A stretch of DNA of 62,665 nt, counting the filler, from Chiloscyllium plagiosum (Eukaryota): the NCBI RefSeq assembly GCF_004010195.1. It is 4 parts of one record of this genome, joined end to end, with 100 filler letters (N's around TTAATTAATTAA, not from the genome) between each part and the next. Parts side by side here need not be neighbours in the genome. Positions count along the whole stretch, not along the records: positions 17,586 to 45,215 come from NC_057717.1; positions 45,316 to 60,058 come from NC_057717.1; 2 more parts are not named here. One strand, written 5' to 3'. Every line of letters starts with the position of its first letter. The first letter of the stretch is position 1. A program made the translations under genes and the position numbers. Below the pieces are notes generated by a model. The model saw only the letters and a list, made by a program, of their open reading frames with translations, ran no database searches and was not told where the DNA came from. This document shows, piece by piece, positions 40,630 to 50,885 of the stretch.

Positions 40630-42225
40630 CGCCATGCAGTGCCTTCTGTCAGTGGATTGACGAAGGCGAAGTTGTTACCTACCTGCTTGGTAATGTTCTC
40701 TCTGTGCTCAGTAACCCCCGTCATACATTTGTCCTTTACTGTGGTGCAAACGCCACCCTCTTTGCCCAGTATATCGTCGACAGCATATCGGTTTCCCTTG
40801 GAAGATAGTAATTCTGAGAGTATGTCTTAACTCCTGCTTAGTCCAAATTGTCTCCTTGCCCAAGCAGCTGAGACCACAAATATAATAGTTTCAATGTTGA
40901 CGGTTAATAATTCCTGCAGATTCTCCACAGCAAAAGGTACTGAGAAAGTGTAACCCAAAAACTGAGCTTTACTGTTGCCCTAAGCCTTAGCGCCCCTCCA
41001 ATGAGCGCTGAATATAGATTAAGCTGAACGTTTGGGGGGGAAACCCCAACCCCCTTCCCAGGTAGTTGGTCAGGGAACAGTAGTTGGGAAAACTGTCCCC
41101 AAAACAACCACACCGGAGATACCTATTTCCTGAGTATAAATGAAGTTAGTCGCTTTGTCTTGTCTGAAAACAAACACAGGTATAGTATAGATAATGGAGG
41201 GGTCATCTCAATAAAAGCAGGCCTGTCTTTGTGACTATCCTGAAAGTACGGGTAGTTCATAGCTACAAAATATGGTCGTCCTTGGCCCTGGGTGAAAGCT
41301 ATTCAATAAAAAGTGGTGGGTTTTTCAGTAAGAGATGTGATTATTGCCCAAGACTAGTTCCTTCCATCCCACAATTGAGAAGATGGAGGTTCCAATCGGT
41401 GTCTCATAGTGAAGGCGGGTGCCATTACAAATAGCACAAAGAGCTGGAATAATCGCAATATCAGAGATACACTCCTCCAGTAGGCATATGCATTAGATGT
41501 GATCCGCCACAGGGAAGCAGTAGCAGTTAGTGCATTGGACCAAGGCACATTGAATATACATAGTCACATTCAAGTAAGTGCATCCCCATCCTGTACAGTT
41601 GTAACAAATTAGATAGGCTTCCCCGGACTTATTAGAGGAAGTCCACAGTCTCATAGGTGGGGATAAGTATTAATCAAAAGAAACATTATATCTGGTAAAC
41701 GCCGTACAGGTATTCCATATTCCGTCGTTGGGATTCAGGAGGGGGAAAGGGGTCAAAGAGTCCTTTGCTGTTCTGAGGGCGTAGCGGACCACTTCATGCT
41801 GGCTGAATATTTTATGATGACTTTGGAAAAACAACTTGTTAGTGAAGGATGACATTGCCACCTTTCTCTTTTGCAATGTGTTGATATATGCCTCTTTGAG
41901 TAGAGGCAAGACTTACCAGGAACACAGAAAGGACAACTGAAATCACACTGGCACAAAACACCTTGACAGGGTAAAGACCATTGAGACTTGTTCCGTAAAT
42001 GAACTGTCCGATCTTCTTGGTACAGTTGACCATTGTGGTAGTCATTCTTGGTAATATTCCATTCATTGAAGGAATCAGTCTCTCGGGGCACATAAGGACA
42101 TCTTTTTGGCATAAACGGTACACAGTTTCTGTTTGCTCAGGATCACACAGGTAAGCAGCCCCTTCGTCAGCGCTAATGCTGGCGACAACGAGTCCACATA
42201 ACAGGGTAAGTTCAATCTTCATCAT
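40630..42225 (-). pseudogene. env: Retroviral envelope glycoprotein (SU+TM), disrupted
   Basis: Signal peptide MMKIELTLLCGLVVASISA; Cys-rich SU with N-glycosylation sequons (NCT, NVS, NKS, NVT, NGT); TM immunosuppressive domain GNRYAVDDILGKEGGVCTTVKDKCMT at ~40719-40796; stops and frameshifts. Confidence 0.85.
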
Positions 42226-42454
42226 AATGGTCGTTCTGGATCAAGGATTAGGATACGTAAAACAGAAGAAGAATTACGAATCGAAACATGCAGCTATATC
42301 ATAGTAGTCTGGTTTGTTACCAACTGATTGCGGTTCCTCTCCCAGTTCCTCATCGTCTCTGTCTCCATAATCACTCCCCCACCCCACCCCAAACACCCCT
42401 TCAAGGGGCTCATCTAATGACCTTGGAAAAATGAAGGTGAACCTAGGCAGAATG

Positions 42455-43408
42455 CAGTCAGGCTGGTGAGGAGAATCTGGAAGGGCCTTTACCATTGAGG
42501 TTGGAGGCTTTGACTTGTCTAATTCTTGATGAGAATGAAAGAGCCTGGGTCAACAGTTGGAACATTGTTGAGGGAGGGGAGGAGTTTCTCTTGAGCAACA
42601 CTGTCCTTAGAATGAAGACCTCACAAACTTTTGGTCAAAGAAAGAACACAGGAGGGTTTATCCTCAAGTCATGTGTTTGAAAGGAAAAGAGGAGGAGGCA
42701 TTATTCCATACTGAGAAGACAGCTCGACCTTGGATGATTTCGTCTGGGGACAAGTGAGTTTTCCCCACAGGAGTGCATCGTAGATGGAACAATACAAGAA
42801 GCACCAACCTAACCCAGGAAAAACCTGTCTCAGGAGTTCATTTGGTAAGTTTAGTGTTCTGACTCTGGTCAAGATGCTCCACGAACCCTGCAGCCTGCGG
42901 GGAATAAGCAAAATGAAGTTGGTGGTGGATCCCAAACTGAAAGCATACTTCCTCATTAATATCTCGAAAAAATGAGGGCCATTGTCAGAAGGTACACAAA
43001 CGTAAAAACCAAAACGGATAATAGTCTCCTTGAGTAAAATATTTACAACCGTTTTAACAGTAGCGTTGGAAGTGGGTAAGCTTCAGCAATGACCAAATAT
43101 TTATCATGCTGGCACCTTAGCAACTCAATGAAATCTTTACACATCTTTAACAGTTGGAATTAGTTTGTCAGAGGTCGACTCACCGTTGTCAGGGCTTTCA
43201 GGCTGTCTCATCATGTTAGGTATCATCGTAAGATGGCCGTGAGAATCTGCTGTTGCGGCCTCATCAACACCACGGTCACCAATGTCTACAGGGGATTGGC
43301 CAGTGGTATGCGAGAACCTGAAGAGGTCAACAACCCTGTATTGTCCAGAATTGACCAAAAACATTCACAACTTTGAAGGTTTCTCGGGTGTCAGTATAAA
43401 CTTTAACA
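42455..43408 (-). pseudogene. pol: Retroviral pol 3' part: RNase H and DDE integrase, disrupted
   Basis: RNase H VKVYTDTRETFKVVNVFGQFW and HTTGQSPVDIGDRGVDEAA; integrase DFIEL (43121-43135), SDNGPHF (~42970-42989), LHFAYSPQAAGFVEH, LRCTPVGKTHLSPDEIIQGR; GPY/F-like PGSFILIKN...QW*RPFQILLTS. Confidence 0.9.
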
Positions 43409-43409
43409 A

Positions 43410-43662
43410 GGCGGCATGGTGGCTCAGTGATTAGCACTGCTGCCTCACAGCACCAGGGATCCAGGTTCGATTCCAGCCTTGGTCGGCTGCCAATGTGGAT
43501 TTTGCACATTCTCCCCGTGTCTGCGTGGGTTGCCTTTGGGTGCTCCGGTTTCCTCCCACAGTCCAAATTTGTGCAGGTCAGGTGAATTGGTCATTCTAAA
43601 TCGCCCATAGTGTTAGGTTCATTAGTCAAAGGGAAATAGATCTGGGTGGGTTACTCTTGGAG
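43410..43662 (+). mobile_element. tRNA-derived SINE (HE1-like), bounding the ERV pol remnant
   Basis: ggcggcatggtggctcagtgattagcactgctgcctcacag; B box ggttcgattcc; body tttgcacattctccccgtgtctgcgtggg. Confidence 0.9.
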
Positions 43663-45215
43663 GTTTCTGACTGTCTACTCTATCTATTCCTCTGATCATC
43701 TTATAAACCTCTATCAAGTCACCCCTCATCCTTCGCCGTTCCAACGAGAAAAGGCCGAGCACTCTCAATCTATCCTCGTACGACCTATTCTCCATTCCAG
43801 GCAACATCCTGGTAAATCTTCTCTGCACCCTCTCCAAAGCTTCCACATCTTTCCTAAAGTGAGGCGACCAGAACTGCACACAGTACTCCAAATGTGGCCT
43901 AACCAAAGTCCTGTACAGTTGCAACATCACTTCACGACTCTTGAATTCAATCCCTCTGCTAATGAACGCGAATGCACCATAGGCCTTCTTACAAGCTCTA
44001 TCCACCTGAGTGGCAACTTTCAAAGATCTATGAACATAGACCCCAAGATCCCTCTGTTCCTCCACCTCACTAAGAACCCTACCGTTAACCCTGTATTCTG
44101 CATTCTTATTTGTCTTTCCAAAATGGACAACCTCCCACTTGGCAGGATTGAACTCCATCTGTCACTCCTGAGCCCAACTCTGCATCATATCTAAGTCCCT
44201 TTGCAGCCGACAACAGCCCTCCTCACTATCCACAACTCCACCAATCTTCGTATCATCTGCAAATTTACTGACCCAACCTTCGACTCCCTCTTCCAAGTCA
44301 TTAATAAAAATTACAAACAGCAGAGGACCCAGAACTGATCCCTGCGGAACTCCACTTGTAACTGGGCTCCAGGCTGAATATTTACCATCTACCACCACTC
44401 TCTGACTTCGACCGGTGAGCCAGTTTTCTATCCAATTGGCCAAATTTCCCTCTATCCCATGCCTCCTGACTTTCCGCATAAGCCTGCCATGGGGAACCTT
44501 ATCAAATGCCTTACAAAGATCCATCCACTGCTCTACCCTCATCCACATGCTTGGTCACCTTCTCAAAGAATTCAATCAGACTTGTAAGGCAAGACCTACC
44601 CTTCACAAATCCGTGCTGGCTGTCCCTAATCAAGCAGTGTCTTTCCAGAAACTCATAAATCCGATCCTTCAGTACCTTTTCCATTACTTTACCTACCACC
44701 GAAGTAAGACTAACTGGCCTGTAATTCCCCGGGTTACCCTATTCCCTTTTTTGAACAGGGACACAACATTCGCCACTCTCCAGTCCCCTGGTACTACACC
44801 CGTTGACAGCGAAGATGAAAAGATCATTGCCAAAGATACTGCAATTTCCTCTCTTGCTTCCCACATAATCCTAGGATATATCCCTTCAGGCCTGGGGGAC
44901 TTGTCTATCCTCAAATTGTTCAAAATGTCCAACACATCTTCCTTCCTAACAAGTATCTCCTCTAGCTTACCAGTCCGTTTCACATTCTCCTCTTCAACAA
45001 TACGGTCCCTCTCATTCGTAAATATTGAAGAAAAGTACTCATTCAAGACCTTCCCTATCTCTTCCGGCTCGATACACAGTCTACCACTACTGTCCTTGAT
45101 TGGACCTACCCTCGTTCTCGTCATTCTCATGCTTCTCACATACGCATAAAATGCCTTGAGTTATACTTGATCTTATCCGCCAAAGGTATTTCATGCCCTC
45201 TCTTAGCTCTCCTAA
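43663..45215 (-). mobile_element. Relatively young CR1 LINE ORF2 (reverse transcriptase), frameshifted
   Basis: ORFs 44693..45139, 44511..44699, 44162..44548, 43622..44158: [56 protein letters not shown]. Confidence 0.97.
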
Positions 45216-45314
45216 NNNNNNNNNNNNNNNNNNNNNNNNNNNNNNNNNNNNNNNNNNNNTTAATTAATTAANNNNNNNNNNNNNNNNNNNNNNNNNNNNN
45301 NNNNNNNNNNNNNN

Positions 45315-45545
45315 NTGGGGGAGGGGCGTTGGAAATGTGATAGGTGGAAGGAGGTTAAGGTGATGGTGTTAGGCTGGAGTGGGGGTGGGGGCGGAGAGGT
45401 CAGGAAAAAGATTACAGGTTAGGAAGGTGGTGCTGAGTTCGAGGGTTGGGACTGAGACAAGGTGGGGGAGGGGAAATGAGGAAACTGGAGAAATCTGAGT
45501 TCATCCCTTGAGGTTGGAGGGTTCCTAGGCGGAAGATGAGGCAAA
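45315..45545 (-). mobile_element. Penelope-like element fragment (C-terminus of GIY-YIG endonuclease and 3' region)
   Basis: Minus-strand peptide LIFRLGTLQPQGMNSDFSSF resembles the Penelope GIY-YIG C-terminal motif. Confidence 0.75.
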
Positions 45546-46299
45546 CTCCACATTATCAATCACTCCAGGTTGAATTAAAAACTCGTTTCCTGGCGCAGAG
45601 AGACAACAGCTTTAACCAGAGTTGCCTGAAAAGGCAAGCACTTTTCTTGATGGATAGCTGAATCGGATTGATGCGGTGACAGGCAGACACACTACCCAGG
45701 GCTTCTGTGGGAAAAAAAATAGCCCCTCAGCCTCTATGCCGCGACTGGACAATAACAACGATTTCAGTATCCTCATTTCTTTGAAACCACTGACGCCACA
45801 GCTATGTGATGACATCAAAAGTTCACATCTGAGTAGTTCTTCAAGTGATGAGTCTTTCTGACCCTTATGTGAGTTCAATATTCCGTACAAACGATGGCTG
45901 AGAAGGTTTTTTTTTCCAAAACACATACTCAAACTTTTCTGCCTCTTAAATCTCTGTCTCCCTGGTGATTGATCTCTTCAGCAAGCGGAAACGTTTCTTT
46001 TAGTTTACGCTTTCTATATCCCCCGTTACGTTTACATCTCAATCGTGTCTCCTTTCGCTCTGCTTTCGGAAAAATATCAGACCAAACTCTCTTTATAACT
46101 GAAACTCTTCAGCTCAGACAATATCCTGAAAAATCTCTTCTAAACCGTTTCCAGTGCTATCACATCTCCTTGGTAAAGTGACTTGCAGACTGCACACAAT
46201 AGGCCATTTGGAGCCGAATGAGCAAATTAAATAAATGTTCAAAAAGTCACAACACTTTTCCAACAAACTCTATTTTGCTCAGTATTATTCTGTGTCCTT

Positions 46300-46490
46300 T
46301 TCATAGAACCATGGAACTCCTACAGTGTGGAAATAGGCCGTTCAGTTCAACAAGTCCACACTGACCCTACGAAGAATAACTCAACTTAGACCTATTCTCC
46401 TGACATATTATTTTGTATTTACCCCTAACTCAAGCGCCTAACTTACACATCCCTGAACACGATGAGAAATTTAGCATGACCAATTCTCCG
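46300..46490 (-). mobile_element. SINE 3' fragment (HE1-like); duplicate at ~59205-59390
   Basis: cctacagtgtggaaataggcc...caacaagtccacactgacc...acacatccctgaacac...aatttagcatg resembles the tail seen at 14310-14470. Confidence 0.7.
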
Positions 46491-47039
46491 AACTCTTCTC
46501 GTTTCCTGATACTGGTGCTCCAAGAATCTCTGGTTCACGTCAGTTAAAGTTGCTACGTGAGCCTTGATCATGCAACGCGTCATCGAACACGATCGATTAG
46601 TTTGAAGTTGCCAATGCTGAGATTGGAGCACGTGCACTCAGCCACAATGACTGCAGAATCACAGATTGAATGGGGTCAATGTGAAAGTAAGTGTTAGATT
46701 GCGCAGTGCCTGAGAGAAATTGGAGAGGAGATCGAGAGGAGGGTCAGTAAGTGCGGGAGAAAAAACAAAAATATTCGACAATGGGTGGTTTCGAATCCTT
46801 ATATATAAAACACGCTGAAATGTGAGAGAGCAGGTTCTGAAGGAAGAAATCATGACCTTGGAGAATGTTTGCATTTGAGAACAACTGATTCCATGCTGTG
46901 TTGATTTAGTACATGTGACCCATCGTAAAATGGGGAAAATATTACGCACCATTGTAGGGGGTGGTGTAATTTTTAAATCATTAACTGTTGTAGTAAGCAC
47001 ATAGTAAGTACAAAGCCACCATTTTAGTCTTCTCTACCT

Positions 47040-47459
47040 TGTAGTAAGCACGAGCAGACACTCCCCCAGATTTTCATGAATGGAACAATGGAAACAGCTT
47101 TCCTCGTGGCTGAGGGACCGCCCACAACCACGGCTGTACGTCATCATCCATATAAGGGAGAAGCGGGGAACTCGAACACTGATTGGCTGGGTGAATAACC
47201 AAATAATCTCATACATCAGGAGGACAGTGGGGAACTTTAACACTCATTGGCTGAGACAGTAGAAGGCCCAGCCCACTCCTACATGTATATAACGTGCGGG
47301 GATTACAATCTGTGTGTGTGCCTCGTGGGAAGCCATTGAGGTAACACCCGGTTCGGCAGAATTGAATAAATAGTTTTGGACGAACTCCTCCGTGTCTTTG
47401 TTCTTGGGAAGGGAAGCAGAGTGCCTGATGGGGGGTCGCAGAGTCCCCTATCTTGCACA
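47040..47459 (+). promoter_or_regulatory. Solo-LTR-like or Pol II promoter element
   Basis: Starts TGTAG and ends ..GCACA; GC box, CRE-like tacgtca, CArG CCATATAAGG (47148-47157), 25-bp direct repeat carrying ATTGG (47165, 47229), TATATAA (47286), AATAAA (47365) followed by a GT-rich tract; no TSD found. Confidence 0.5.
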
Positions 47460-50327
47460 CCATGACTCGAATTCTAAACGTACTGATGCAGCCATAAAGC
47501 AAAGTATTGACCACTGAATACTAACGCGGCATCACACAAACTAATGCACTTAAAAATACTTACAATGGCAGAGGATAAGTCAGAAACAGCAACACAAACA
47601 GATGTAGACCACTTGGCGAAGTCTGGAACGAGATGGAGGAACTCAGAATGGGCTGAAACTTTAACTTCGATATTTCTAGATGCTGTGTAGTTTCCATCAC
47701 TGGGTATGTTGACGACTGAGATGAATTGTTTTCTGCAGAATATCAAAGGGTGAGAGTATAGTCTGGGATATTGTGGAAATGCATGTTTCAATAGTCATGT
47801 AGTTTAACATCATTTACTTCACCAGTTACCTCACATGTGGAAGTATCCACTGCTGACAACGATCACATGTTCTCAGTTACCATTCAGAGAAACTGAGTGG
47901 TATGTCCGCGAAACTCCCAAATTAATGAGAATGCATGACTTTTTTATTCAGCTCAAGTTTACCTCGAGGTATCGAGGAAAAGCACGAAAGTAGAGATAAA
48001 GTTTATCCGATCAGTGGTAATTCCATTGAATGGCTGCGCAGACACAGGGGGAATGAAAGCTTCATGAGAACAAGTGTGTTTTCTTTGCGAAATTGTCGAC
48101 TTCACAATGTGGGGTCTATTGGAGTGACGTGGTGAAGTTGATTATTTTTACTAGTTATTCACCCTGTGAACGGTTACAATTGTTTCTCCTGTCCCTGATA
48201 TCATCACAGAACTGCACCAAGCGCACTTGAATCAATGCCTTAATGATTTGCTTGTTTGCAAATCAGGGGGTTGTTCATTCGACTCTTCACTGTCTCTAAT
48301 ACGCTGCCGATTTTTATTACACTGACAAACTCATTGTTCCAAAGCCAAGATGTGCTTTGAATTCCTTATCTGCAGGAAGAAGAATCTTTGAAATGCTGGG
48401 ATGTCTGAACTATTAATATGAGGGCATGCCCAACTTCAATCTATTGTCCACTTATAAGTATTGTTGATTACACCACAATTCTTTGTTTAACAAATTCGTT
48501 TTTAAACAGGAGTTCGGTGTGGAAATAGAAAGTACAAAAATGATCAACCCAATTCCACCGAATCGTTCAACAGAATTGACGTCTTCATTAGAAGCATCTT
48601 GCAGCGCAAGTTGTTTATCTTCTTCACCTTGGTTTTTCTAAATACCTCTCAAAAATGAACAGTTTCTGAGAACTTTGTAGCCAGAACATTTGAAAGAATT
48701 TCATTCTGTTTGGAATTATTTGTGGCACTTCTTAATATACCGATTAATGTCTCAGATCGATGAATGGAACCGAGAACATCAGAGTCAACCTCACAGCGCT
48801 GTCAGAGGAGGGGAAGACAGAATCGTCTCGCACGCCGTTCTTGTGCACATGATCAATTTCAAACCAAACCAATACCTACAACCCGTGGGAGTGCAAAGGA
48901 AAGAATTAAACAGAGCCCCGCTTCAAATCTATGAATCTTTAGAAACTCTGTGGGAGGAGAATGAAGGGTGAACTGACCGACTGAGCAGAGACTGTCAAGG
49001 TACCTTCCCCTTCTTGAAGGAGCAGGGACATGAACTCTGATGTTCTCGTGGCACGAGCTGATCTGAGATGTTGAAAGCATTCCCATCAGAGCTGCTCCAC
49101 TTTCGCTGTTGTCACTCTCACTGACCAAGCACCCAACTCTGGCCGCGATGAAGAAAACACTGACTCTTAACCATTACACCCCCAGCACAGCCTCCCAAGC
49201 TGTTGGACTGCTTCTTAATTCCAAAGCATATGGCGTTTTATTTATCAGGACATAAGTTTGAGCAAGTCATCGACTGTTTGCAGAATGGAAAGAGACCCAT
49301 CATCCAAGTTTTCAGCACTTGGCCTGCCCCGTGTATTTTCAAATGTTTCAAGCACTCGTCGCAATGCTATTATCCAGTCACGTTTTACAATGTATGCGAC
49401 TGAGGTTTAAGATGGACAACCTGTGTTCACACACCCTCGGTGATCTGAACCCCATTTCATTTAGAGAGGCAAACACACAGACACGTTCTCGTGAAGTGAC
49501 TGAGGCCTCAGGAGAGATCAGCCAGAAAGTAGGATTTCACTCAATTGGCTTATTTTGTCTCATTTCAGATTTCAACACCAGAGTCAGGTTACAGCAAAGA
49601 AAGGAATCATTCAGCCATTCCCCTGTCCATGTTCCTCCCCTATCTAAGCTTTGAGCTCCGGAGGCAGTGTGCGGATTCTCACTCTTTAGAAACTGCAACA
49701 TAATAGATGATTGGATAGCCTGTGTATTAGAAACCAGACGTAACAAAACCAAGACAGAACTGAAAGCATCATGTGCAGAAGGATGGGAGAATGTAATGCC
49801 GCATCAGACAGTGTCCAGGGTGAAAGAAACAGAAACTATCCCTGTAAGTCGAGTAATTTGGATTCCGTGCTCTGACAGCCATGACCTGCAAATCGTTAGC
49901 ATTATTGTTACCAATATGAAATTCTGCCTTCTCCTTAGAAGTAGAATTCTGACCGGGACATGCACACATAAATTGTGAAATTGATATAAATTGATGTATT
50001 TTTTTTAATTCATATTTGAGCAGAAAGAGTGACATGTAAACAGTTAGATTATCATTAAAATCCAATTTTAAAGCCAGATATTCTTTTCACAAAACAAAAA
50101 AACAGAGGAAATCTGGGAGTTGCATGACTGAAGGAGGTGACTACTCCTGCTTTCGACCCAAAACGTTTCATCCCGTTCGTCCCAAGAACAAGTGCAGAAG
50201 CCAAATACTGGCAATCTGATATATATTAAAAATAAGAAAACGCTGGAAGTAATCAGCTTGTCTGGCAGCTTCTGAAAGTGTGGTAGATATTAACACCATC
50301 ACAAACTGATTGTCTTTACTTTGTATT

Positions 50328-50520
50328 ATAGAACATAGAAGAATACAGTGCAGTACACGTCCTTCGGCCCTCGATGTTGCGCCGATCCAAGCCCACATAA
50401 CCTACACTAGCCCACTATCCTCCATATGCCTATCCAATGCCCGCTTAAATGCCCAAAATGATGGAGAGTCCACCACTGCTACTGGCAGGGCATTCCATGA
50501 ACTCACGACTCGCTGAGTAA
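50328..50520 (-). mobile_element. 5'-truncated CR1 3' end, same family as 17206-17485
   Basis: Near-identical to 17215-17405 (tagaacatagaagaatacagtgcagtaca...). Confidence 0.9.
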
Positions 50521-50749
50521 AGTTATTCAGGAAAGCTAAAATAGAACTGTTCATAGAAAATTGTGGGGAACTGTCTGCCTTTTTTTGTTGAGTTAAGAAG
50601 AAGTCTTGGTGATGCTAATCCAAAACGATCAGATAAATGTGGATTGGCGAAACAAAAGACCAAAGTTCTGTGAGACCGCCGTGCATGCAAACTGGGCATG
50701 AAGGAATATAAGGGATAGTACCAATATTGATCATAAATTTGCTGCGTGA

Positions 50750-50885
50750 AGGGTTACTGATGAATGGTGCCTGCCTGAAACTTCGATTTTCATGCTCCTC
50801 GGATGCTGCGTGACCTGCTGTGTTTTTTGAGAACCACTCTAATGCTGACTCTGATCTCCTGCATGTGCAGTCCTCACTTTCGCCT
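50750..50885 (+). mobile_element. Penelope pseudo-LTR fragment with degenerate hammerhead core
   Basis: ctgatgaatggtgcctgcctgaaacttcgattttcatgctcctcggatgctg...tgcagtcctcacttt. Confidence 0.7.

Larger units (their letters stand above)
40630..43408 (-). mobile_element. Endogenous retrovirus remnant (class I-like, gamma/epsilon-type): RNase H - integrase - env
   Basis: Retroviral domain order and motifs seen by manual translation of the minus strand; no flanking LTRs found. Confidence 0.9.
46239..48566. repeat. Duplicated block C, copy 1 (copy 2 at 59141-60058 lacks ~46558-47966)
   Basis: 46239-46557 and 47967-48566 are collinear with 59141-60058. Confidence 0.92.

Noticed and set aside
40503..42225. 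Glycoprotein as a captured negative-strand RNA virus G protein (FAFVNPL recalls a bornavirus G motif)
   Set aside because: A retroviral ISD and Cys loop lie immediately upstream and the ORF follows integrase; the short resemblance is probably chance
43410..43485. tRNA gene (also ~14550-14620)
   Set aside because: A and B boxes continue into a SINE body; these are tRNA-derived SINE heads
47040..47459. This element as the 5' LTR of the ERV at 40.6-43.4 kb
   Set aside because: Its signals are on the + strand while the ERV is on the - strand, and there is no PBS or gag sequence between them
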